Shown: piece by piece, positions 1 through 9,269 of the stretch
Position numbering within the stretch: the stretch's first letter is position 1
How the letters are laid out: each line of letters begins with the position of its first letter
Source: Candidatus Alectryobacillus merdavium
GTDB taxonomy: Bacteria; Bacillota_I; Bacilli_A; RFN20; CAG-826
Assembly: GCA_017694735.1 (NCBI GenBank)
Contig: JADIMN010000100.1
Coordinates: 3,335-27,334 of the forward strand
Length of the DNA: 24,000 nt
Direction: 5' to 3'
Notes under the pieces: model-generated
Told to the model about the DNA's origin: nothing
Database searches by the model: none
Seen by the model: the letters and a program-made list of their open reading frames with translations, nothing else
Position numbers and translations under genes: made by a program

Positions 1-262
1 CATCTAAAGGATCAATAATAAAAACTAAATCATTGTTTAGTCTGTTTAAATCATCTTTATCTTCTTCAGATAAAAAAGCATAAGTAGGATATTTTTCCTT
101 TAAATAAGTTGTAATTAATTTATTTGACTCTTTATCTGCAATAGTGACTGGAGAATTATCACTTTTAATTTCAACTTCTACATGTTTGTTATAATAATCT
201 ACTAATAAACTAGAAGCCTTTTTTGCAATAAAGATCATATCTTTTAATTCTTTTTCAAACAT
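1..262 (-). CDS. Inositol monophosphatase / 3'(2'),5'-bisphosphate nucleotidase family protein, N-terminal part (gene runs off the window start)
   Basis: Not in the ORF track (edge). Manual minus-strand translation from ATG 262..260 gives MFEKELKDMIFIAKKASSLLVDYYNKHVEVEIKSDNSPVTIADKESNKLITTYLKEKYPTYAFLSEEDKDDLNRLNNDLVFIIDPLD... This carries IMPase-family signatures (SPVTxAD, LSEE, IDPLD). GGAGGT Shine-Dalgarno at 273..268, 5 nt before the ATG. Confidence 0.7.
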   Translation of the reverse strand, partial: MFEKELKDMIFIAKKASSLLVDYYNKHVEVEIKSDNSPVTIADKESNKLITTYLKEKYPTYAFLSEEDKDDLNRLNNDLVFIIDPLD

Positions 263-287
263 ATTTTACCTCCAAATTATATATAGA

Positions 288-316
288 AAAATAAAAGGGC
301 CAAAATGGCCCTTTTA
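288..316 (-). terminator. Rho-independent terminator downstream of fba
   Basis: GC-rich hairpin GGGCC(297-301)/GGCCC(307-311) with a 5-nt loop. On the minus strand it is followed by TTTTATTTTT. It sits 13 nt after the fba stop codon and is the only convincing intrinsic terminator I see in the window. Confidence 0.7.
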
Positions 317-328
317 AAAAAATTATAC

Positions 329-1186
329 TTAAGCTTTGTTAATGCAACCAAAAATCTCGCATTTTTCTCTGACAACTTCTTTAATTCCCTCTTTGCCAGG
401 GCCAATTACTTTTCTTGGATCGTATACTTCGCTGTCTTTAGCAACTACTTCTCTTACAATTTTTGTAAAAGCCATTTGACATTCAGTATTTACATTAATT
501 TTGCATGTGCCACATTCAATAGCTTTCTTAATTTGATAATCTGGAATTCCGCTACCACCATGTAAAACAAGAGGCATTTTTACAAGACCGGCAATTTCAG
601 CCATTTCTTTAAATCCTAATTTAGGTTCTCCATGATATGGTCCATGAACACTTCCAAGTGCTGGAGCAAGAGCATCAATCTTAGTTTCATTAACTAATTT
701 AACACATTCATTTGGATCAGCATATAAAACGCCTTGTGAAACAACATTATCTTCTTGACCACCAACATGTCCTAATTCTGCTTCAACAGTAACACCATGA
801 GCATGAGCATAATCAACTACTTCTTTTGTAATTCTAATATTTTCTTCAAGTTCGTGTTTAGAAGCATCAATCATAACACTTGTAAATCCAGCATCAATAG
901 CTTTTTTACAGAAATCAAAACTTGAACCGTGGTCAACATGTAATGCAACTGGAACGGTAATATTAGCATCTTTCATATAACCTTTAACCATACCAACAAT
1001 AACATCAACACCACCCATATATTTAGCTGCTCCTTCAGAAACACCTAATATAACTGGTGCGTTAAGTTTTTGAACTTCATCTAAAATAGCAATTGTCCAT
1101 TCTAAGTTATTAATATTAAATTGACCAACTGCATAGTGATCTTGTCTTGCTTTTTCAAGCATATCTTTCATATTAACTAATCCCAT
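329..1186 (-). CDS. fba: Fructose-bisphosphate aldolase, class II
   Basis: 285 aa. N-terminus [30 protein letters not shown], then [14 protein letters not shown] and HGGSG are typical of the class II FBA/tagatose-bisphosphate aldolase family. AAAGGAG SD upstream. Confidence 0.93.
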   Translation of the reverse strand: MGLVNMKDMLEKARQDHYAVGQFNINNLEWTIAILDEVQKLNAPVILGVSEGAAKYMGGVDVIVGMVKGYMKDANITVPVALHVDHGSSFDFCKKAIDAGFTSVMIDASKHELEENIRITKEVVDYAHAHGVTVEAELGHVGGQEDNVVSQGVLYADPNECVKLVNETKIDALAPALGSVHGPYHGEPKLGFKEMAEIAGLVKMPLVLHGGSGIPDYQIKKAIECGTCKINVNTECQMAFTKIVREVVAKDSEVYDPRKVIGPGKEGIKEVVREKCEIFGCINKA

Positions 1187-1239
1187 AAATTCTCCTTTAT
1201 ATTTACTATTATTATAAAATAATAAAAACCAACCTTAAA

Positions 1240-1593
1240 TTATAAATCAACAATTTCACTAGAACTATTATAGTCCTCGTCATCGTCTTTATCTTCATTT
1301 GGATCAACATCGGTATCTGAATAAGCCATTTCCAAATTCATAATATTTTTAACAACGTCAAAAGTTTGTCTATCTCTTAAATCCCATGTGTTTCCACTTA
1401 AAAATACAAAACGAGAATCAAGAGTTAAAGCTGTATAAAATTTTGATTTATATGTTGCATCGCTCTTTTTCTCTTCAGCAACTAAATTTGTATCATTACA
1501 TAAATGATTCCAAATCTCTGAAAATGATTTCTTTTCTTTTGAATTTAATAAATAATTATAAGTTTCATCAATTAATGTAATATTGCCACCCAT
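1240..1593 (-). CDS. rpoE: DNA-directed RNA polymerase delta subunit
   Basis: 117 aa. The N-terminal HARE-HTH-like region contains FYTALTLDSRFVFLSGNTWDLR, which resembles B. subtilis RpoE [22 protein letters not shown]. It is followed by an acidic D/E-rich tail. AGGAGG SD. Confidence 0.8.
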   Translation of the reverse strand: MGGNITLIDETYNYLLNSKEKKSFSEIWNHLCNDTNLVAEEKKSDATYKSKFYTALTLDSRFVFLSGNTWDLRDRQTFDVVKNIMNLEMAYSDTDVDPNEDKDDDEDYNSSSEIVDL

Positions 1594-1605
1594 TTTTATA
1601 TCCTC

Positions 1606-3228
1606 CTACATTTTCTCTGGAGCATTTACTCCAATTAAACTTAAAGCATCTTTTAATACAATTGAACACGCTTTTAGCAAAGTAAGTCTAGCACCAGATA
1701 ACTCTTTATTATTTTCATCTAAGATTCTAACTTTTGAATAATATTCATGAATCTTCGAAGCAAAATTATATAAATAATTACAAATCTTATATGGTGCTCT
1801 TTCATTAAAAGCATCGACTATTATTTTATCATAATTATTAAGTATTTTCATTAACTCAAGTTCATTATCATTTATTAATAAATCATACTTATTATTTAAT
1901 TCAATCTTTGAATTTAATAATAATGAAGAAATTCTAGCAAAAGCATATTGTGAATAATAAACTGGATTTGAAGAATTACTTGCTAATGCAATATCTAAAT
2001 CAAAATCTAAATGTTGGCTAGCAGCTCTATTTACAAAGAAATATCTACATGCATCAACACCAACTGTATTTACAAGGTCACGCATTTTAATTGCATTACC
2101 AAGTCTTTTAGACATTTTTACTTCTTCGCCGTTTTTAATTAATCTAACCATTTGAATTAATTCAACCTCTAATGCATCTTTGCTATAGCCATTCATCATC
2201 AAAGCACTCTTCATTCTATTAATGTAACCATGATGATCTGCTCCTAAAATATCTATCAAAAAGTCTGCATTTCTTGATAATTTATCCAAATGATATACAA
2301 TATCAGGCAAAAAATAAGTATAGTCACCATTACTTTTAATAATAGGTCTATCTTTGTCATCTAGAAAATCACTCGTTTTTAAAAATGTAGCACCATCGCT
2401 TACATAAACATAATCTTTCATCTTTTCAATTAAATGTTCAACAGAGTTATTTTCTCTTATCTTAGTCTCAAAAGAATATTTATCAAACTCAACTCTAAAT
2501 TCTTTTAAGTCTTTTTTAAGTTTTTCTAATTCTTTTTCAATTCCATATTCTTTAAAAAATTGAATATCTTCTTCATCGCTTGTTTTTTTATATTTATCGC
2601 CGTATTCTTCTTTAATCAATTTTGCAATTTCTTTAACATCCTCACCTAAATATCCATCCTCTGGAATTGGATAAGAAATATTAAATAATTCTAAATATCT
2701 AGATTTTAAAGATTTTGCTAAGTTTGTTACTTGTGCGCCAGCATCATTGACATAAAATTCTCTAATAACTTTATATCCAGCTTTTTTAAATATTCTTGAT
2801 AAAGAATCACCAAGAGCAGCGCCTCTTGCGTGGCCTAAATGTAAATCTCCTGTAGGATTAGCACTTACATACTCAATGTTATAAACAATATCTTTTTCTT
2901 CTTGTTGACCAAAATTTGATCCTTCTTTTAATACTTTATCAATAACATCAGATAAAGCATCTTGTTTTAAAAAAATATTAATAAATCCTGGACCAGCTAT
3001 TTCTACTTTAGAAATTTCATCACAGTTTAAACTAGAAATAATGCTATTTGCAAAATCTCTAGGATTTTTTCCGCTTTTCTTAGAAAATTTTAAAGCAACA
3101 TTGCTTGTTAAATCTCCGTGTTGTTTATCTTTTGTTGAAACAACTTCTATATCATTAATATTAGCTTCAATATTTAAATTAGATAATATCTCGAGTAATA
3201 AATTTTTAATTTTGTCTTCTAATTTCAT
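1606..3228 (-). CDS. argS: Arginine--tRNA ligase
   Basis: 540 aa. Class I motifs HLGHARGAALGD (HIGH-like) and KMSKRLG (KMSKS), with an N-terminal Arg-tRNA synthetase add-on domain pattern. The start overlaps the gltX stop (ATGA at 3225..3228). Confidence 0.95.
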   Translation of the reverse strand: MKLEDKIKNLLLEILSNLNIEANINDIEVVSTKDKQHGDLTSNVALKFSKKSGKNPRDFANSIISSLNCDEISKVEIAGPGFINIFLKQDALSDVIDKVLKEGSNFGQQEEKDIVYNIEYVSANPTGDLHLGHARGAALGDSLSRIFKKAGYKVIREFYVNDAGAQVTNLAKSLKSRYLELFNISYPIPEDGYLGEDVKEIAKLIKEEYGDKYKKTSDEEDIQFFKEYGIEKELEKLKKDLKEFRVEFDKYSFETKIRENNSVEHLIEKMKDYVYVSDGATFLKTSDFLDDKDRPIIKSNGDYTYFLPDIVYHLDKLSRNADFLIDILGADHHGYINRMKSALMMNGYSKDALEVELIQMVRLIKNGEEVKMSKRLGNAIKMRDLVNTVGVDACRYFFVNRAASQHLDFDLDIALASNSSNPVYYSQYAFARISSLLLNSKIELNNKYDLLINDNELELMKILNNYDKIIVDAFNERAPYKICNYLYNFASKIHEYYSKVRILDENNKELSGARLTLLKACSIVLKDALSLIGVNAPEKM

Positions 3229-4679
3229 TGCAGTTCCTCTCTAATTCGTTTCAAAACCTCGTCTTTTCCAAGCAAGTTAAATATGTTATACATCTCAATT
3301 CCATGTTCACAACCAGTTAGTGACAATCTAATTGGCATATATAAATTTTTTCCTTTTGCTTGTGTATTTAAAATTACATCATTAATCCAAGCTTTAAATG
3401 AATCTTTATCAAATTTTAAATCATTTGTGCTTTTGATTTTTTCTTCAATAAATGTAAGGACTCTCTGAGAAAGTTCGCTATTTACAAAAGCTTTTTGATC
3501 ATCATTTAATTTTGCTTTATTAAACACTTCGTCTATAAAAGAATTAATTTGTTCTCCATATAAAATTTCATTTTTAAATACCAATGAAATATTTTTTAAT
3601 TCATCCTCGGTCTTATTAGCTAAATTTTTATTTTCTTTAATAAAAGGCAATATAAATTCAAAATACTTTTCATTATCTAGAGTCTTAATATAGTGAGAAT
3701 TCATCCAATATAATTTTTTATTATCAAACATGCTTGGAGATTTACTTAATCTAGAAGGATCAAAACATGAACACATTTCAGAAAGAGTAAATATTTCTTT
3801 ATTATCTTCTGGAGTCCAACCAAGTAATAAAAGGAAATTTAAAATAGCTTGTGGCAAAAAGCCCATTTTTCTATATTGAGATACAAATTGAACAATATTA
3901 TTATCTCTTTTTGATAATTTTTTTCCGTTCTCATTAATAATAATTGTCATGTGCCCAAATTGTGGAGCTTCCCAACCAAAATAATCATAGATAAATAATT
4001 GTTTTGGTGTATTACTTAAATGCTCTTCTCCTCTTAAAACATGAGTAATATCCATAATGTGATCATCTATAACAACAGCAAAATTATATGTAGGAATTCC
4101 ATTAGACTTCAAAATAACAAAATCGCCAAAGTCATTTGAATTAAAACTGACTTCACCTCTTACTAAATCATTAAATACAATTTTTTTATCATCTGGAACT
4201 CTTAGTCTAATAGATGGCTTAATGCCTTTTTTTCTTAGTGCTTCTTTTTCTTCTTCGCTTAAGTTCAAACATCTTCTATCATACTTAAACGAAGTTATGC
4301 CTCTTTCTTCTTGTTCTATTCTTGATTTTTCTAAATCCTCTTCGCTACAAAAACATTCATATGCATAACCTTTTTCAACTAATTCGTAAGCATATTTTTT
4401 ATAAATATCCAATTTTTCCATTTGACGATAGTATTTATATTTAGGATTAGGATTTTCAATTGATTCATCTGGAATAATACCAAGCCATATTAAATCATGA
4501 AGTTGTGAATACTCAGCACCTTCAATATTTCTTTCTATATCAGTATCTTCAATTCTAAAAACAAAATCTCCATTAAACTTTTTTGCATATAAGTAATTAA
4601 ATAGAGCACTTCTAGCACCACCTATATGTAAAAAACCTGTTGGACTTGGAGCATATCTTACTCTAACTTTTTTATTCAT
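3225..4679 (-). CDS. gltX: Glutamate--tRNA ligase
   Basis: RVRYAPSPTGFLHIGGARSALFNY and KLSKRD motifs. The ORF track starts at GTG 4688. I prefer ATG 4679 (MNKKVRVRY...) because AGGTGA lies 5 nt upstream of it. Confidence 0.93.
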   Translation of the reverse strand: MNKKVRVRYAPSPTGFLHIGGARSALFNYLYAKKFNGDFVFRIEDTDIERNIEGAEYSQLHDLIWLGIIPDESIENPNPKYKYYRQMEKLDIYKKYAYELVEKGYAYECFCSEEDLEKSRIEQEERGITSFKYDRRCLNLSEEEKEALRKKGIKPSIRLRVPDDKKIVFNDLVRGEVSFNSNDFGDFVILKSNGIPTYNFAVVIDDHIMDITHVLRGEEHLSNTPKQLFIYDYFGWEAPQFGHMTIIINENGKKLSKRDNNIVQFVSQYRKMGFLPQAILNFLLLLGWTPEDNKEIFTLSEMCSCFDPSRLSKSPSMFDNKKLYWMNSHYIKTLDNEKYFEFILPFIKENKNLANKTEDELKNISLVFKNEILYGEQINSFIDEVFNKAKLNDDQKAFVNSELSQRVLTFIEEKIKSTNDLKFDKDSFKAWINDVILNTQAKGKNLYMPIRLSLTGCEHGIEMYNIFNLLGKDEVLKRIREELQ

Positions 4680-5154
4680 ACTTATCACCTACCAAACATA
4701 CACAATATGCAACAATTGCTTTACCACTCCCAGTTGCATCCATTTTCTCATTAGTCATTGCTTTAATACTTACTTGATTTATATTAATATCTAAGATTTT
4801 AGAAATACTTTTTCTCATATCTAAAATATAAGGCTTCAATTTGGTTTTTTCTAATTCAATAGAAATATCTAAATTATTAATTCTATATTCTTGTTTTTTT
4901 ACTAAATCATAACAAAATTTAACTATTTCTATTGAACTATAATTTTTATATTTATCATCTTCAGGAGGAAAATAAGTCCCTAAATCTCCTAAAGATAGAG
5001 AACCAAGTAAGCTCTCTGAAACAGCATGTAAAACTACATCTCCATCACTATGTGCAATTATTCTATTTTTGGATGGAATTTTTATTCCTCCTAACAACAA
5101 ATAATCGCCTTCTTCTAATTGATGAATATCTTTTGCAAAGCCAATTCTAATCAT
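4672..5154 (-). CDS. ispF: 2-C-methyl-D-erythritol 2,4-cyclodiphosphate synthase
   Basis: 160 aa. MIRIGFAKDIHQL...GGIKIP....IAHSDGDVVLHAV.ESLLGSLSLGDLGTYFP matches the IspF metal and substrate-binding signature (DxH ... HSDGDV ... GDIG). The start overlaps the ychF stop (ATGA 5151..5154). Confidence 0.9.
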   Translation of the reverse strand: MIRIGFAKDIHQLEEGDYLLLGGIKIPSKNRIIAHSDGDVVLHAVSESLLGSLSLGDLGTYFPPEDDKYKNYSSIEIVKFCYDLVKKQEYRINNLDISIELEKTKLKPYILDMRKSISKILDININQVSIKAMTNEKMDATGSGKAIVAYCVCLVGDKYE

Positions 5155-6257
5155 ACATTAAACCTAAAGAAGAAAATATCTCCATCCTTTGCTAAGTAAT
5201 CTTTTCCTTCAATTCTAATTTTACCTGCATTTTTTAAAGCAGCTTCAGATTTATATACAACAAAATCTTCATAAGAATAAACTTCAGCTCTAATAAAGCC
5301 TTTTTGAAAATCACTATGAATAATTCCTGCACATTGTGGAGCAGTCATTCCATTAACAAAAGTCCATGCTCTGCACTCATCTTCTCCAACAGTAAAAAAT
5401 GTAGAAAGATTTAATAAACTATAAGTTTTACTAATTAAAGTATTTAAACCGGATTCTTCAATGCCAAGCATATTAAAATATTCTGCTTTTTCTTCTTCTT
5501 TAAGTTGTGAAATTTCATATTCGATTTCGCAACTTATGTATACACAATCACTATTTTCTTTATCAGCAAAGTTTTTAACATCTAAATAATATTTGCAATT
5601 ATTTATATCTGAATAATCAGAATCCGAAACATTTGCAACATAAATCACAGGTTTTGCAGTTAAAAAATTCATTGTTTTTTGAACATATTTTTTCTCATCA
5701 TCGGCAAAATTTAATTTTCTTATAGATATACCTTTTTCTAAAGCATCTTTTACCTTTGACAAAATGTTCATTTCAAAAATAGCTTCTTTATCTTTTGAAA
5801 CTCTAGCCTTGTTTTCAACCTTTCCAATTCTATTACAACAAGTTTCTAAATCAGCTAGTATTAATTCTAAATTAATAATTTCTATATCTCTTATAGGATC
5901 AACACTATCTTCGACATGAATTACATCTTTTGAATCAAAACATCTTACTAAATGAACAATAATATCACATTCTCTAATGTGTGATAAAAATTTGTTTCCT
6001 AATCCCTCGCCTTTAGAAGCGCCTTTAACAAGACCAGCTATATCATAAAATTCAACAGTCGTATAAATTTTTCTTTTAGGATTAAAAATAGAAGATAAAA
6101 AATCTAATCTTTTATCTTTAACAGGAACAACTCCGTCATTTGGATTAATTGTAGCAAAAGGATAATTTGCAGCCTCAACATGAGAATTTGTTATAGCATT
6201 AAACAGCGTTGATTTTCCAACATTTGGTAATCCAACAATTCCAGCTTTTAAACTCAC
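5151..6257 (-). CDS. ychF: Redox-regulated ribosome-binding ATPase YchF
   Basis: 368 aa. GIVGLPNVGKSTLFNAIT P-loop, and C-terminal TGS-like end FIRAEV...GKDY...DGDI..FRFNV typical of YchF/Ola1. GTG start with AGGTGA 6 nt upstream. Confidence 0.93.
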   Translation of the reverse strand: MSLKAGIVGLPNVGKSTLFNAITNSHVEAANYPFATINPNDGVVPVKDKRLDFLSSIFNPKRKIYTTVEFYDIAGLVKGASKGEGLGNKFLSHIRECDIIVHLVRCFDSKDVIHVEDSVDPIRDIEIINLELILADLETCCNRIGKVENKARVSKDKEAIFEMNILSKVKDALEKGISIRKLNFADDEKKYVQKTMNFLTAKPVIYVANVSDSDYSDINNCKYYLDVKNFADKENSDCVYISCEIEYEISQLKEEEKAEYFNMLGIEESGLNTLISKTYSLLNLSTFFTVGEDECRAWTFVNGMTAPQCAGIIHSDFQKGFIRAEVYSYEDFVVYKSEAALKNAGKIRIEGKDYLAKDGDIFFFRFNV

Positions 6258-6267
6258 TAATAATCAC

Positions 6268-6480
6268 CTAAATTTTTTTAACGTTTTTTGCTCTTAATCC
6301 ACGATCGGTTTCTTCTAACTCAAAAGTAACTTCATCATTTGCTTTTAAAGCTTTAAATTCGCTATCATCAATTATGTTTGAGTAATGAAAAAATACATCT
6401 TTCTCGTTTTCATAATGAATAAAACCATATCCTTTTCGTGCATTAAACATTTTTACCTTGCCTGTGCAAACCTTATCCAT
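6268..6480 (-). CDS. Cold-shock domain protein (CspA family)
   Basis: GKVKMFNARKGYGFI (RNP1-like) and VFFHYS (RNP2-like) motifs. The ORF track begins at TTG 6501. I prefer ATG 6480 (MDKVCTGKVKMF...) because AAGGAG lies 7 nt upstream. Confidence 0.85.
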   Translation of the reverse strand: MDKVCTGKVKMFNARKGYGFIHYENEKDVFFHYSNIIDDSEFKALKANDEVTFELEETDRGLRAKNVKKI

Positions 6481-6520
6481 AACAATTCTCCTTTTCTGCA
6501 ACGTTAAAATTGTATACTAT

Positions 6521-6549
6521 ATTTTATAATAAATAAAATATAATGTTAA
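6521..6549 (-). promoter_or_regulatory. Candidate sigma-A-type promoter for csp (and possibly ychF onward)
   Basis: On the minus strand: TTAACA (6549..6544), 17 nt spacer, TAAAAT (6526..6521). This is about 40 nt upstream of the csp ATG. Sequence-only prediction in AT-rich DNA. Confidence 0.35.
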
Positions 6550-6551
6550 TT

Positions 6552-9269
6552 TTATATGGTTTTAATAACTTCGGTAGGTTCTATTTTGTTGAGTTCTTTT
6601 TCTAAATATATTGTTGAGAAAAAATACGAAATTAAAAGTAATGCTAGTAAATAGAAAAGATATACAAAATTAAAAGGAGGGTAATAATTCACATTAAGTG
6701 TCGAACAAATAACACTTGAAATAAAATAATTTATAAAAACAGAAAATGCTGATATTAAAACAAAAGACGATAATAGTAAAAACAAAATATAATATTTAAA
6801 GATTTTTATGCTGTCTTTTTTATGATAACCAAAAATAAACAAAATCGTTATATCATCTTTGCACTCTCTAATTAAAGTTTTAGCAACAAAGATTAATAAA
6901 ACAACCGATATTATCGAACAAAATAAACAAAAGCATAATAAAATTATTTCAAACATCATTAATAAAGAATCGATTTCTTTGTTTATATCGTTTAAAGGAG
7001 AATAAACATCAAAATTTTTAAAATTATTCCTAAAGACATTTAATGTATTTTCTAAATTTTCGTTTTCGTCAATTGTAACTACAATTGAATAAGGAATTAA
7101 TTTTGTGTAATCTACACCTAGCACACTAAGAAAAAAAGAATAGGACCAAGAATGGTTTCCGTATATGTAATAGCCCTTCTCATCAATTATATTTGATATT
7201 AAAATTGTTCCATCATTTAAATTTCCGTTTCCATCTTTAGAAGCAAAAAATATCTCATCATCAACTTCAACTTCTAATTTTTCTGCTAATTCTTTTGATA
7301 TAACAATTTGATTATAAAATTCACTATCACAGGCGTTTAAGTATTTGTATTTTAAAGTTTGATCTTCTATCGAATTTAGACCACCATAAATTGAATTTGA
7401 TAAAGTGCTAACATCAAAATACCCATTTTCATTATTATTTGTTGTAATTTGATCAATAATTATTTCTAAATTGTTTTTATTACTTGTTAAATATATGTCA
7501 TTAATAAAACCCGATATTAAAGAATTTCCAAATGACATATATCCACCAACATTAGTAAAATAATATTTGTCATATCCATTGTTTGATAATGTTTTTGCTA
7601 TGTCATAATCAAATTTATCGTAATTTTTATAAACTAAATATTTATAATTAAAATTTTTATAATTTAAAGGAAATACATCTTTACTAGCTTTTTTAAATAC
7701 AAAAGAATTTAAGTTTTTATCAATATAATAATTTTCAAAAAGCTTTTCACCGTTTTCTTTTAAATTAATTACCAAATTCTTTTTAAGATACCATGGTTTA
7801 TCATATACTTCATCATAAATTGAAGAAGGAAGTTTCATCATCGTTTCAAAAACGTATTCATTAAAAAATTCGTTTGAATGGTAAATATTATTTTCAGTTT
7901 CAACAAGAAATCCAACTAGTTTAAAAAGCTGCTCATCTTCATACTGCCAATCCATATTTTTAATAAAAAATGATAAATATAAATCATTTACCTTTATATA
8001 ATTAAATAATGTCGAAAAACTTTGTTTTATTGATAAAACGCTACAAATTTCTTTAAGCAGTTCATTATCAATAGATATAATTATTTCATCATTTTTTAAG
8101 TTAGATTTTTTAGTTAAGTAAGTAGTGTCTTTAATGTATTTTGTTAAAACAAATTCATTGAGGTTTTGCATGCTATATTTGCTTAATTTTTGGCTTCTAT
8201 TTTTATAATTAATTCTTAATTCATTGTTATCTTTAAAAAATGTATCAAAATTGTTTGTATAAACATAACTAAACGAATCAATATAATCTTTATAGCTATT
8301 AAATAAATCAAATATTTCATATTCTTTGACTGAATCTTTTTTATAAATTTCATTACTAATTTTATCTTGTCTTTCTAAGATTATTTCATTTTCTTTATAA
8401 TATTGAGAAAAATTATATTTTAAAATTGAACTAACATTGTCACTTAATATAAATATAAAAACAAACGAAATAAAAGATAAGAAAATCATCATAAACGATA
8501 ACATGTTACGAATTTTTCTATTTTTAAATAAATTTTTTATATATTTAAAATAGAAACCTGGATTTAAATGTTTTTTAGCATTAATAAATAATTTAAACTT
8601 AGAATCCGCTTTAGATTTGCACTCTTTTTTTATCTTTTTTGTAATATTTCCGTCATTTAAGTAAAAAATTTCGTCTGAAATTTTTTCAATAGTTTCATAA
8701 TCATGTGAAACTAAAATAACTATATGATTTTTACTATATTCAACTAATTGGCTTATTAGATCGTTTTTTGTTTTTTGATCTAAATTTGACGTAGGCTCAT
8801 CTAAAATTAGAATCTTTTTCCCTAATAAAAATTCTCTAATAAAGCATACACGCTGTTTCTCTCCACCACTTAAATTTTTGCATAATGTTTTTTTGCTTTT
8901 TAATAAGTCGTTTCTTTCTAAGAATAATGAAAGATAGTTATAATCAATATTATTTTTATCTATATTTAAAGTAACATTTTCTAATAAATTTAACTCATTA
9001 ATTAATAAAGGCTTTTGATGTATATATGATATATTTTCTCTTCTAAAATTTAATAATTCTTCCTCGCTAAGAGATTTAATATTCTTATCAAATATCGTTA
9101 AATTACCTTCAAAATTAATATCAAGTAAACCCAATATATTTAAAATGGTAGTCTTTCCGCTCCCAGATTTTCCAAAAAAAGAATATATTCCAGGCTTATC
9201 TATTAATATATCTTTAATATTTACTGCAAAACCTGGATATTTTTTTATTAACTTGTCTATTTTAATCAT
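6552..9269 (-). CDS. Fused ABC transporter ATP-binding / FtsX-type (MacB-like) permease protein with a ~490-aa extracytoplasmic domain
   Basis: 905 aa. The N-terminal NBD has Walker A GKSGSGKTT, Q-loop HQKP, signature LSGGEKQRV, Walker B ILILDEPTSNLD and H-loop VSHD. Then come one hydrophobic helix (MLSFMMIFLSFISFVFIFILS), a long N/Y/K-rich non-hydrophobic region, and three C-terminal helices preceded by the FtsX-like ILFIFGYHKKD motif. This is a 4-TM MacB topology. ATG overlaps the upstream gene's TGA (ATGA 9266..9269). Confidence 0.85.
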   Translation of the reverse strand: MIKIDKLIKKYPGFAVNIKDILIDKPGIYSFFGKSGSGKTTILNILGLLDINFEGNLTIFDKNIKSLSEEELLNFRRENISYIHQKPLLINELNLLENVTLNIDKNNIDYNYLSLFLERNDLLKSKKTLCKNLSGGEKQRVCFIREFLLGKKILILDEPTSNLDQKTKNDLISQLVEYSKNHIVILVSHDYETIEKISDEIFYLNDGNITKKIKKECKSKADSKFKLFINAKKHLNPGFYFKYIKNLFKNRKIRNMLSFMMIFLSFISFVFIFILSDNVSSILKYNFSQYYKENEIILERQDKISNEIYKKDSVKEYEIFDLFNSYKDYIDSFSYVYTNNFDTFFKDNNELRINYKNRSQKLSKYSMQNLNEFVLTKYIKDTTYLTKKSNLKNDEIIISIDNELLKEICSVLSIKQSFSTLFNYIKVNDLYLSFFIKNMDWQYEDEQLFKLVGFLVETENNIYHSNEFFNEYVFETMMKLPSSIYDEVYDKPWYLKKNLVINLKENGEKLFENYYIDKNLNSFVFKKASKDVFPLNYKNFNYKYLVYKNYDKFDYDIAKTLSNNGYDKYYFTNVGGYMSFGNSLISGFINDIYLTSNKNNLEIIIDQITTNNNENGYFDVSTLSNSIYGGLNSIEDQTLKYKYLNACDSEFYNQIVISKELAEKLEVEVDDEIFFASKDGNGNLNDGTILISNIIDEKGYYIYGNHSWSYSFFLSVLGVDYTKLIPYSIVVTIDENENLENTLNVFRNNFKNFDVYSPLNDINKEIDSLLMMFEIILLCFCLFCSIISVVLLIFVAKTLIRECKDDITILFIFGYHKKDSIKIFKYYILFLLLSSFVLISAFSVFINYFISSVICSTLNVNYYPPFNFVYLFYLLALLLISYFFSTIYLEKELNKIEPTEVIKTI

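Noticed and set aside
1594-4700. T-box or other leader riboswitches expected upstream of aminoacyl-tRNA synthetase genes (argS, gltX)
   Set aside because: There is no room for them. gltX overlaps ispF, argS overlaps gltX, and rpoE follows argS after 12 nt. No specifier or T-box sequence is seen.
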